Notes under the pieces: model-generated | Database searches by the model: none | What the model was told of the DNA's origin: nothing | The model's input: only the letters and a program-made list of their open reading frames with translations | Position numbers and translations under genes: made by a program | Shown here: positions 8,910 through 17,104 of the stretch, piece after piece | Numbering within the stretch: the stretch's first letter is position 1 | How the letters are laid out: each line of letters starts with the position of its first letter | Source: an uncultured Gammaproteobacteria bacterium | Lineage (GTDB): Bacteria > Patescibacteriota > Patescibacteriia > Magasanikbacterales > GWA2-37-8 | Direction: 5' to 3' | Length of the DNA stretch: 64,000 bases | NCBI GenBank assembly: GCA_964355175.1 | Contig: CAYHBZ010000002.1 | Span: 268,537 to 332,536 of the forward strand

Positions 8910-10658
8910 ATGAGCGATTTTTTAAGAAATTTACCTCAAGACGCAGTGGATTTTAAAGCGCGAGATGTAATATCGACTGAAACGACCGAGTTGAATTTTG
9001 ATCAGGTTTTTGAGGCGGTAGATGGCTATAAAGGCAAGGGTTTTGAAGAGATAGAAAATGTAGAAAATTTGGGCCTGGTAGAATATTTACAAAGATTAAA
9101 AGCCGACCGCGGGCGCTATCTTGGTAATATTGTGCATCAAGGCGTGCGCGATCATCATGGTATGGCTGAGCATTCTGTCGGTTTGGGTGAATATGATTGT
9201 GAATTGGAATTAATTATTAAAAGTGGTGGTTTGATTAGTACTATCGGCAAAGCTTTAAAAAATGAAGGTGAGTTGAAAAAAGCTGCCGCTGAAATTCGAA
9301 AATCTGTAGCGGATGGAGCCTTGGTTAGCGAAGCGATAGATGATTATATTTATCGCCAGCATGAAGCCGGAGCGGCGCATGATATGCAAGGCTTAACTGA
9401 TGATCTGGCGGTGCATATGAGTACCAATTATATCATTGATGTCCATTATGGGGCGGAAACCGGCAATGAATGTTTTATCGTTTTGCCGGAAAAGGTTGGT
9501 TTGAAGGATAAAATATTTTTTGGTAAAGCCCAGGACAGCGGTTCGCGCCACACTCAATATAATGATGTTTATATTTGGCCGTCTAAAGATGAGTCGAATG
9601 ATTTGAAAATCAATGGAACGCTTTTGTTTTTGCCAAGAGATAATCAGGTGGATGTGCGCACTGGCTCGACTTATGAAGTGGTGGGTGATAAGGTCGTGGT
9701 GGATACACAAAAAATAGATCGGGTTTCTGACAATATTGGAAAGATTAAAGAATTAAAACCAGATTGGGTAATGTCAAAGGATGAGGGTGGATTTTCTCCC
9801 TCGTTTGAAGAATTGCTCAAGAGAGGATATATTAAATTGGATAGTAAAAATATTTATCAGGTAACTACCGCTGGGCAAAGCAATATTGGACAGGATTTTT
9901 GGGGTCAGTTTGATCAATACATCAAAGCCGTGGTAGAAGCCGGTATTACCGATATCCAAACTTTTGAAAGATTTTTCAGTCATTATCCAGAAAGTGTTAA
10001 TTCCGAAAAGGAAAAGATTTTATCAGCGGTTGATCCAAAAGACAGAGAATTTTTAGAACAGATTTTAAATCAAGTTTTGAAAACAAGTAGAAGTGAAGAT
10101 TTGAGATATGGTTTTGAATCTATTTTTAACCCTAGCCAGTTTAAGAAAGAGTATCTTCCTAAGTTTAGAGAAGTGGTACGAAAAAAAGGTATCGACCCGG
10201 AAAAACTAGAAGAAATATTAAAGAGAAATAATATTTTACAATTGGCCGAGCGATATTTTTCTAGATATACCAATTATTATCAAAGCTTGGCTGATAAAAG
10301 TTATGGGATTTTCTATAAAAAACCAGAAAATAAAGTAAGGTCAAAAGATTATTACCATAATTTTATTTGTCAGCGTTTAAAGGATGTAAAAATTACAACT
10401 GTGCAGGCCGGAAAACAGGATATTGTAGAGTATCGCGGAGTAAATGAAAAGGGTGAAGCGGAAGTAGTGAGAGTGGTATTTTATAGCGCCAAGGATCCCA
10501 ATACGGCGGTGGAAGGGTTTTATTATGACATGTCGATTAAATTTGATTCAACGATACTGGGTGAAAATGGTGTAGGCAACACTGATTATGCTGGTGTAAA
10601 GTATAGTCATGATGTGGATTTGTTAAAAAGTAAATTATTAACGATGGTTCAAGCTTAA
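8910..10658 (+). CDS. Hypothetical protein (~582 aa)
   Basis: Long ORF downstream of the rplY terminator; start set at ATG 8910; no family recognised. Confidence 0.7.
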   Translation: MSDFLRNLPQDAVDFKARDVISTETTELNFDQVFEAVDGYKGKGFEEIENVENLGLVEYLQRLKADRGRYLGNIVHQGVRDHHGMAEHSVGLGEYDCELELIIKSGGLISTIGKALKNEGELKKAAAEIRKSVADGALVSEAIDDYIYRQHEAGAAHDMQGLTDDLAVHMSTNYIIDVHYGAETGNECFIVLPEKVGLKDKIFFGKAQDSGSRHTQYNDVYIWPSKDESNDLKINGTLLFLPRDNQVDVRTGSTYEVVGDKVVVDTQKIDRVSDNIGKIKELKPDWVMSKDEGGFSPSFEELLKRGYIKLDSKNIYQVTTAGQSNIGQDFWGQFDQYIKAVVEAGITDIQTFERFFSHYPESVNSEKEKILSAVDPKDREFLEQILNQVLKTSRSEDLRYGFESIFNPSQFKKEYLPKFREVVRKKGIDPEKLEEILKRNNILQLAERYFSRYTNYYQSLADKSYGIFYKKPENKVRSKDYYHNFICQRLKDVKITTVQAGKQDIVEYRGVNEKGEAEVVRVVFYSAKDPNTAVEGFYYDMSIKFDSTILGENGVGNTDYAGVKYSHDVDLLKSKLLTMVQA

Positions 10659-10666
10659 AGTTAATT

Positions 10667-11683
10667 ATGTCTAGAAAAAAAATTTCATTATTATTAGTAA
10701 CTGGTTTAGTAATTTTGGGTTTGTTGGCCGGGTATTTATTTTTTAATAAATATTATTCCGGCGTGGTCTGGAAGGAGGCCGAGGCGGCACCAGAACTGCC
10801 TAAATATTTTAGTGTGTTAGATGGTTTACCGGTAAGTAGTACGGAAATGGTGGATCCGTCGGTAGTGGTAGTGATGATTGATAATCACCCTGATGCTAGA
10901 CCACAAAGCGGTCTGGTGGCCGCTAAGATAGTATATGAAGCTCCTGCCGAAGGTGGTATCACTCGCTATGTGGCCGTGTTTGATTCTTCTCAAGAAGTGG
11001 CAAAAGTTGGTCCGGTACGCAGTGCCCGTCCTTATTTTATTGAGTGGCTCAAAGAATACTCAGGATTATATATTCATTGTGGCGGTTCGCCAGAAGGTCT
11101 CAAAAAGGTGATAGCCGATAAAATATTTGATTTGGATGAAATGAAAAATGATCCTTATTTTTGGCGAGGAAATGATCATTACGCACCACATAATTTATAT
11201 ACCAACAGTGAAAATTGGAATAAAGTATTGGTGAAGAGGTCTGAGAAAAAACAATTTTTTTCTAATGGTTGGAAGTTTGGAGATTTAAATGTCACCAGTA
11301 CTGAGATGGTAAATAATATCGCTATTAATTTTACTACGGATTATACCGTGGATTTTAGTTATGATCCCAATTTAAAAATATATACTCGTTCTATCAACGG
11401 CAAACCACAGTTGGAAGATGGTCAGATATTGGTTGGCGAAACTATAGTAGTGCAGTATGTAAAAGTACAAATTTTGGATGACTATGGTCGTAAAGAACTT
11501 AATACTGATGGCAGTGGTGATTTGCGCGTGTTACGTGACGGTGTGATGGTTCGTGGTCAGTGGAAAAAAGAGGGTGGTCGCACTAGATGGTATGATCAAA
11601 ATGGTGTAGAGATAAATCTCAAACCAGGAAAGACTTGGGTAGAAGTAGTGCCAAATGATATTAATATAAAAATCTCCACTTAA
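10667..11683 (+). CDS. DUF3048 (YerB-like) membrane-anchored protein
   Basis: VMIDNHPDARPQSGL, EGGITR, GPVRSARPYF, APHNLY, PGKTWVEVV. Confidence 0.9.
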   Translation: MSRKKISLLLVTGLVILGLLAGYLFFNKYYSGVVWKEAEAAPELPKYFSVLDGLPVSSTEMVDPSVVVVMIDNHPDARPQSGLVAAKIVYEAPAEGGITRYVAVFDSSQEVAKVGPVRSARPYFIEWLKEYSGLYIHCGGSPEGLKKVIADKIFDLDEMKNDPYFWRGNDHYAPHNLYTNSENWNKVLVKRSEKKQFFSNGWKFGDLNVTSTEMVNNIAINFTTDYTVDFSYDPNLKIYTRSINGKPQLEDGQILVGETIVVQYVKVQILDDYGRKELNTDGSGDLRVLRDGVMVRGQWKKEGGRTRWYDQNGVEINLKPGKTWVEVVPNDINIKIST

Positions 11684-12520
11684 TTAAGTGGAGATTTTTA
11701 CTAAACGGTCTAGACCTGATAGGTCTTTTTTTATTTCTATTTGTGAATCCGGGTAAAGCTGTAAAATTATTTTTTTTATCAATTCAGCTTGGGTTGGGTC
11801 AATTTCAAAAAACAAAACAATTTTTTTATTTGGAAAAATTATCTTCGTTTGGTATAAAAGTTTTTCATACAAATCCAAACCATTTTTTTCGGCGACGAGG
11901 GCGATTTTCGGCTCGCGCTGGATAGATGGCTCATCCTGGAATTGTTTGACAGTGAGATAGGGAAGGTTGGCAGTAATGATTAATCGAGATTCTATATTGA
12001 TGGCTCGGTGCTGTAGTGGTGACAATAAATTGCCGTAGAGAAATTTAATATGAACACCATGTTTTTTGGCATTCTTTTTGGCCACACATAAGGCCAGACA
12101 AGAAACATCTATGGCCATGATATTTAATTTTTTTGGACAATTTTTGCTGATACTTATTGGCACACAACCACTACCTGCGCCAATATCAATCAGTGTCGTT
12201 TCGGTCTCGGTATTTTTTATCTCTATCAAAGCTTCTTCTACCATTAATTCCGTTTCCGGGCGGGGGATAAGGACATGTTTGTTTACAAAAAAATCTAAGC
12301 CAAAAAATTCTTTGTGTTTCGTGATGGCCGCGATGCTATAGCCCCTCCCATATTGCCAAATACAATATTGAAAATGTAGGTAGGCTTTGAGAGTAATTTT
12401 ATCGGATAAATGATATAACAAAAACGCCCGTGGTTTTTGTAAAGCATGGGCGAGAAGTATCTCTATGTCTAGAGGATTGAAATGAGAATATTTTTTTAGT
12501 AGGTGTTTATATGTTGGCAT
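11684..12520 (-). CDS. prmC: Release factor glutamine methyltransferase
   Basis: VLIPRPETE, DIGAGSG, ANLPY; directly downstream of prfA. Confidence 0.93.
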   Translation of the reverse strand: MPTYKHLLKKYSHFNPLDIEILLAHALQKPRAFLLYHLSDKITLKAYLHFQYCIWQYGRGYSIAAITKHKEFFGLDFFVNKHVLIPRPETELMVEEALIEIKNTETETTLIDIGAGSGCVPISISKNCPKKLNIMAIDVSCLALCVAKKNAKKHGVHIKFLYGNLLSPLQHRAINIESRLIITANLPYLTVKQFQDEPSIQREPKIALVAEKNGLDLYEKLLYQTKIIFPNKKIVLFFEIDPTQAELIKKIILQLYPDSQIEIKKDLSGLDRLVKIST

Positions 12521-12521
12521 A

Positions 12522-13577
12522 TTAAGCCATGCCTTTATAATCAGCTTCACGTACCGCCAAGATAATTGGCTCAATATCGCCATCGAGAATGCGATCGATC
12601 GTATTCCAGTTTTGGTGGATGCGATGATCGGTGATACGATCTTGAGGGAAATTATAAGTGCGGATTTTTTCGCTGCGGTCGCCAGAGCCGATCTGAGATT
12701 TGCGTTTATCGGACATTTCTTTTTCTTGTCGTTCGCGCTCTACTTCATAGAGGCGGGAGCGCAATACTTTCATCGCCTTATCTTTATTGGCAGTCTGACT
12801 GCGTTCATCCTGACACTGCACGATAGTGCCAGTAGGCACATGGACGATACGCACCGCCGAGTAAGTAGTATTTACACTTTGGCCACCGTTGCCGCCGGCA
12901 CAAAAAGTATCAATACGCAGATCCTTGGCTTCGATTTTAAATTCAATTTCTTCAATTTCCGGCATCACTGCTACAGTAGCAGTGGAGGTGTGGATTCGTC
13001 CAGCTTTTTCTGTGTCCGGTACGCGTTGTACGCGGTGTACACCCATTTCATATTTGAGATCTTTGTAAACATTGTGACCAGCAACAGAAAAAATTACTTC
13101 TTTGTAGCCGCCAATACCAATACGATTGGTATCCATCAAATCTATCTTCCAACTTTTCTTTTCGCAGTAGCGACTGTACATGCGGAAAAGATCGGCCGCG
13201 AATAGTGCGGATTCATCACCGCCCACACCGGCACGGATTTCTACGATGACATCTTTTTTATCCATCGGATCAGTCGGACGAGTCATTTCTTCCAATTCTT
13301 TTTCTAGAGTAGCGACGGTATTTTGAGTTTCGGAAATTTCAATTTCAGTGAGCGCCTTCATTTCCGAATCAGTTTCAGTTTTTAATAATTCTTGAGCCTG
13401 ATTCAAATCTTGTTCGGCTTTTTCCAAGATCATAATTTTGGCAAAGGTTTGTCCGAGCTCATTATATTCTTGGGAAGCTTTTTTTAGTTTATTGGAATCA
13501 TTCAAAATAGCCGGATTTTGCAAATCCAGTTCTAATTGTTGATATTTATTTTTGATTTCTAAATATTTATTTAACAT
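12522..13577 (-). CDS. prfA: Peptide chain release factor 1
   Basis: [10 protein letters not shown] (PxT motif), GGQ motif, [20 protein letters not shown]. Confidence 0.97.
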   Translation of the reverse strand: MLNKYLEIKNKYQQLELDLQNPAILNDSNKLKKASQEYNELGQTFAKIMILEKAEQDLNQAQELLKTETDSEMKALTEIEISETQNTVATLEKELEEMTRPTDPMDKKDVIVEIRAGVGGDESALFAADLFRMYSRYCEKKSWKIDLMDTNRIGIGGYKEVIFSVAGHNVYKDLKYEMGVHRVQRVPDTEKAGRIHTSTATVAVMPEIEEIEFKIEAKDLRIDTFCAGGNGGQSVNTTYSAVRIVHVPTGTIVQCQDERSQTANKDKAMKVLRSRLYEVERERQEKEMSDKRKSQIGSGDRSEKIRTYNFPQDRITDHRIHQNWNTIDRILDGDIEPIILAVREADYKGMA

Positions 13578-13667
13578 ATTTCTGATCGGTGCCCTAATTA
13601 TACAATAAAATTATAATAAAAAACAGACCAAAAGCAAAGGCGCTAAAATTGGTCTGTTTTAAAATTG

Positions 13668-13958
13668 CTAAGCTTTGGCTGCTTTTTTGGCGGATTTTTT
13701 TACCGCTTGCGCAGCCTTCTTTACCTTTTTGCCTTTGCGAGTTGCGGCGGCAGCGGCTACGCGGGAAACTTTTTCTTGGAATTTTTCTACACGGCGAGCG
13801 GTATCTACGAATTTCTGTTTGCCAGTATAGAAAGGATGGCATTGGTTGCACAATTCCACGCGGATTTCTTTCATCGTGGAGCCGGTAGTAAAGGTACTAC
13901 CACAAGCACAGGTCACGACGCAGTCATTATTGTATTCTGGATGAATTTTAGCTTTCAT
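13668..13958 (-). CDS. rpmE: 50S ribosomal protein L31 (zinc-binding type)
   Basis: MKAKIHPEY...CACG...[13 protein letters not shown]. Confidence 0.96.
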   Translation of the reverse strand: MKAKIHPEYNNDCVVTCACGSTFTTGSTMKEIRVELCNQCHPFYTGKQKFVDTARRVEKFQEKVSRVAAAAATRKGKKVKKAAQAVKKSAKKAAKA

Positions 13959-14072
13959 ATGTTGAGATTAGTATAATGGGTAGAATTATAGCAGATTATC
14001 TGGGAAAGTCAAGGGATGGGTGGTATGTTTATAAAATGATAAGGAAGAGGTTCCACTATATAATTTAGATAT

Positions 14073-14102
14073 AAAAATACCGGTTTAATAACCGGTATTT
14101 TT
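14073..14102. terminator. Intrinsic terminator closing island 3
   Basis: AAAAATACCGGTT-taat-AACCGGTATTTTT. Confidence 0.8.
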
Positions 14103-14271
14103 AATTCCTCAATGTCCGATTAATCAGAGACTAAGGATTTGGGACTTTTGGTGAGCAGTTGCCGGGGAGGCATAACTGTTTTTTCTCACGCGGGGTGTCC
14201 CGTTCACGATTTCTCGTGACCTTTGTAGCCAGTATCGTCGGCTACGGACGAAATCTTGGGCGACCGGCCTG

Positions 14272-14658
14272 TCAATCGCATTCGCCGCTGGAGCAACCCT
14301 CCGCACAGTGCTTGCGGAAAAGCGGCCGATCTTGCCCCTCGTTGCACACTGCGGTGTCTCCCTCGCACCAACATCCGATGATGTCGACGCTGACGGGTGG
14401 CTGGGGCGACTCCCACTTGGTTTCGCCCGATTCATGGGCGTAGTAGGGGTCCTCCTCCTCGGTCTCTGCCAGAGTGGGTGCCGTGGGGATGGGGGCAGAG
14501 CGGGCCAACAGCCTCCGTTCGACTTGGAGGCGTTCCTGCCGCTGATCCTCCTTCAGTTGGAACATGGCCTCAGGGCTGAGGGCCTGGTCGAGCCTGGCGG
14601 CTCCGTAGATCAGCCCAAACCCCACGACCAGCAGAAACGCGTACTTCACGAACTTCAT
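14272..14658 (-). CDS. Orphan secreted/membrane-anchored Cys-rich protein of GC-rich island 3
   Basis: AAAAGGAGacgaaATG start; N-terminal hydrophobic helix; 6-Cys C-terminus; TGA stop; 42/60 GC in line 14461. Confidence 0.75.
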   Translation of the reverse strand: MKFVKYAFLLVVGFGLIYGAARLDQALSPEAMFQLKEDQRQERLQVERRLLARSAPIPTAPTLAETEEEDPYYAHESGETKWESPQPPVSVDIIGCWCEGDTAVCNEGQDRPLFRKHCAEGCSSGECD

Positions 14659-14873
14659 TTCGTCTCCTTTTACTCCGAAGAGCGCCCATTATTTCGACCA
14701 ACGCGGTCGACATTTGGGCGGTCGCCACCGTGAACGGTGTGCTATTCTATGCTCAGTTAAGCGCAAAATGGCACACCATTATAAAGAACTTTTAGCATTT
14801 TTTAATATAATTTTTAGCTTATTATAGCCAAAAATTTTAAGTTAATGCTCTCTTATCACTAACTTAACGGTGA

Positions 14874-14902
14874 AGTATAGCACAAAATTGGTGTTTTGTC
14901 AA
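14874..14902 (-). promoter_or_regulatory. sigma70 promoter of island 3
   Basis: TTGACA-17-TATACT with TG extension; 25/29 identical to the island 5 promoter. Confidence 0.8.
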
Positions 14903-14950
14903 TGTGACTGCGGTCATGCCAAATTCAATTGCTGTATTCAAAAATAAGGC

Positions 14951-15086
14951 TTGACATAGCCTAAATTTTATTATATAATCCGCACATCTTTTAATCACTC
15001 ATTCGTTCATTTTTTTCCTCCCCCGACCACTCGGTGGGTGAGAACGAAGAGGCAATAACTCCCTTTACCGGGAAGATAAGGAAAAT
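14951..15086 (+). promoter_or_regulatory. rpsB promoter and structured leader
   Basis: TTGACA(14951)-17-TATAAT(14974) followed by a ~100-nt leader with hairpin potential. Confidence 0.7.
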
Positions 15087-15947
15087 ATGTCACAAACACT
15101 CCCATCAATGATGGAAATGCTCAAGGCAGGTATGCATTTTGGGCATCAGAAGTCTCGCTGGCATCCAAAAATGCAACAGTACATTTTTGGTGTTCGCAAC
15201 GGCGTGCACATTTTAAATTTGGAACGTACGGTGGAAGATTTGCAAAAAGCTCTCGAGTACACCACCAATTTGGCTGCTAATGGCAAAACTATTTTGTTTG
15301 TTGGTACCAAACGCCAGGCACAAGCAATCGTGAAAGCTGCGGCTGAAGATTGTGGTATGCCTTATTTGACTGAACGTTGGATTGGCGGTTTGCTTACCAA
15401 CTTTGATGAAACCAAACACCGTTTAAAAAAATACAAAACTCTCAAAATGCAGATTGAATCCGGAGAGATTGAAAAATATACTAAAAAAGAACAGATCGAC
15501 CTCAAAAAATCCGTAGAAAAAATGGATAGATATCTATCTGGTTTGACTACCGTGGACAAAATGCCTGACGCTCTATTCATCGTAGATATGCGTGTGAGCA
15601 AGACTGCGGTAGCGGAAGCGGAACGCACCAATGTGCCAATTATCGCTATCTGTGATACTAATGTAAATCCAGAACAGGCTGCTGTAGTAATTCCAGCCAA
15701 TGATGATGCGGTAAACTCTATTAAAATTGTTACCAACTTGATGGCTGAAGCTGTCAAAGAAGGTAAAGCTCAATGGGAAAAGAACAGAGCGACAATGGAA
15801 AAAGAGATGAAAAAAACTCCAGCTCCAGTACAGAACTTTGAAGCTCGCAATACTGAAGGTAAATCTTCGGTAGTAAAAGCCGCCGCTAGACCAGCCTCTA
15901 CCAAAGCTCCGGTTCGTCGTGCTATGACCAAAGAGTCTAGTATCTAA
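15087..15947 (+). CDS. rpsB: 30S ribosomal protein S2
   Basis: MLKAGMHFGHQKSRWHPKM, ILFVGTK, RWIGGLLTN, IPANDD. Confidence 0.98.
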   Translation: MSQTLPSMMEMLKAGMHFGHQKSRWHPKMQQYIFGVRNGVHILNLERTVEDLQKALEYTTNLAANGKTILFVGTKRQAQAIVKAAAEDCGMPYLTERWIGGLLTNFDETKHRLKKYKTLKMQIESGEIEKYTKKEQIDLKKSVEKMDRYLSGLTTVDKMPDALFIVDMRVSKTAVAEAERTNVPIIAICDTNVNPEQAAVVIPANDDAVNSIKIVTNLMAEAVKEGKAQWEKNRATMEKEMKKTPAPVQNFEARNTEGKSSVVKAAARPASTKAPVRRAMTKESSI

Positions 15948-15966
15948 AAAATAAATTATCATTCAT

Positions 15967-16016
15967 TGTCATACCGAACGAATGTGAGGGATCCTTCGCT
16001 AACGCTCAGGATGACA
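15967..16016. repeat. Short palindromic dispersed repeat (GTCAT...ATGAC type)
   Basis: TGTCATACCGAACGAATGTGAGGGATCCTTCGCTAACGCTCAGGATGACA with terminal inverted TGTCAT/ATGACA. Confidence 0.65.
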
Positions 16017-16032
16017 AATTAAAAATTTTTAT

Positions 16033-16902
16033 ATGACCATTACAGCAGCCGATATCGCCAAATTACGTGCCATGACTGGCGCTGGCATGATGGACTGCAA
16101 GGGAGCTATGGAAGAAGCCCAGGGTGATATGGAAAAAGCCGCCGATATTTTGCGCAAAAAAGGAATTGTAAAAGCCGCTAAACGCGCTGACAAAATTGCC
16201 AGCGAAGGTATGGTGGCCGGATATGTAAGTGCCGATAATAAAGTGGGTGCAATCGTGGAAGTAAATTGTGAAACTGACTTTGTGTCCGGTAGCGACAACT
16301 TTGTGGCTTTTGCCAACAATATTGCCAAAGCAATTGTGGAACAAGGCACAAGAGATGAAGCCGCTTTGATGAATGCAGATTTGGGTGGAGAAACCGTCCA
16401 GGCTGTGCTCAACAATTTGGGCCTGACCTTGGGAGAAAAAATTTCCATTCGTCGTTTTATGCGTTACGATAATGGTAAATTGGTTGCCACTTATCTACAC
16501 GGTAAAAAGATCGGTATCATGGTAGAGCTCGAAGGCGGCACGGTCGCTTTGGGTATGGATATTGCTCTGCACATCGCGGCCAGCAATCCAAAATGTGTAG
16601 ACCGCACTGGTGTGGATGCTGATTTGGTAGCTCGTGAAAAAGCGATCTATGTCGATCAGCTCAAACAACAGGGCAAGCCGGAAAACATGATTGAAAATAT
16701 CATGAAAGGCAAACTTGAGAAATTCTACGCTGAAATTTCTTTGACCGAGCAACCCTTTGTCAAAAATGAAGAAATCAAAGTAGAAAAGTTACTTTCTGAT
16801 GCCGGTGCCAAGGTAGTACAATTTACCCGCTACGAACTGGGTGAAGGTATTGAAAAAGTAGTCAAGAATTTTGCTGAAGAAGTGGCTGAACAATTGAAAT
16901 AA
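16033..16902 (+). CDS. tsf: Elongation factor Ts
   Basis: LRAMTGAGMMDCK, EVNCETDFV. Confidence 0.98.
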   Translation: MTITAADIAKLRAMTGAGMMDCKGAMEEAQGDMEKAADILRKKGIVKAAKRADKIASEGMVAGYVSADNKVGAIVEVNCETDFVSGSDNFVAFANNIAKAIVEQGTRDEAALMNADLGGETVQAVLNNLGLTLGEKISIRRFMRYDNGKLVATYLHGKKIGIMVELEGGTVALGMDIALHIAASNPKCVDRTGVDADLVAREKAIYVDQLKQQGKPENMIENIMKGKLEKFYAEISLTEQPFVKNEEIKVEKLLSDAGAKVVQFTRYELGEGIEKVVKNFAEEVAEQLK

Positions 16903-17104
16903 AAATAGGTTTTTAATAAAAAAGACGAACCGATTATCAGGTTCGTCTTTTTTTATCCACAGGCCGAATGGTCTGTAAAGTAGGTTGGTGGTATAATGTA
17001 TTTATCAAGTTAATTTTTTTCATGTATACAAATTTTATTCATGCCTATTAATATTTAAAACGCAAGTTTTATTTTTTTATTTTAGTTTATTTATTTTATT
17101 AATT

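Noticed and set aside
14720-14730. GGTGGCGACCG shared by the island 3 leader (minus strand) and the island 6 trailer (~60074)
   Set aside because: Only 11 nt in GC-rich DNA and in different contexts; may be chance
14124-14733. Multiple overlapping ORFs in the GC islands (also 44782-45345, 45583-46044, 57022-57708, 59575-60059)
   Set aside because: Shadow ORFs caused by stop-codon scarcity in GC-rich DNA; no evident SD or promoter
16953-16961. Perfect DnaA box TTATCCACA (near-match at 44089-44097)
   Set aside because: Isolated single boxes overlapping or next to terminator T-tracts; no cluster or dnaA, so not called oriC
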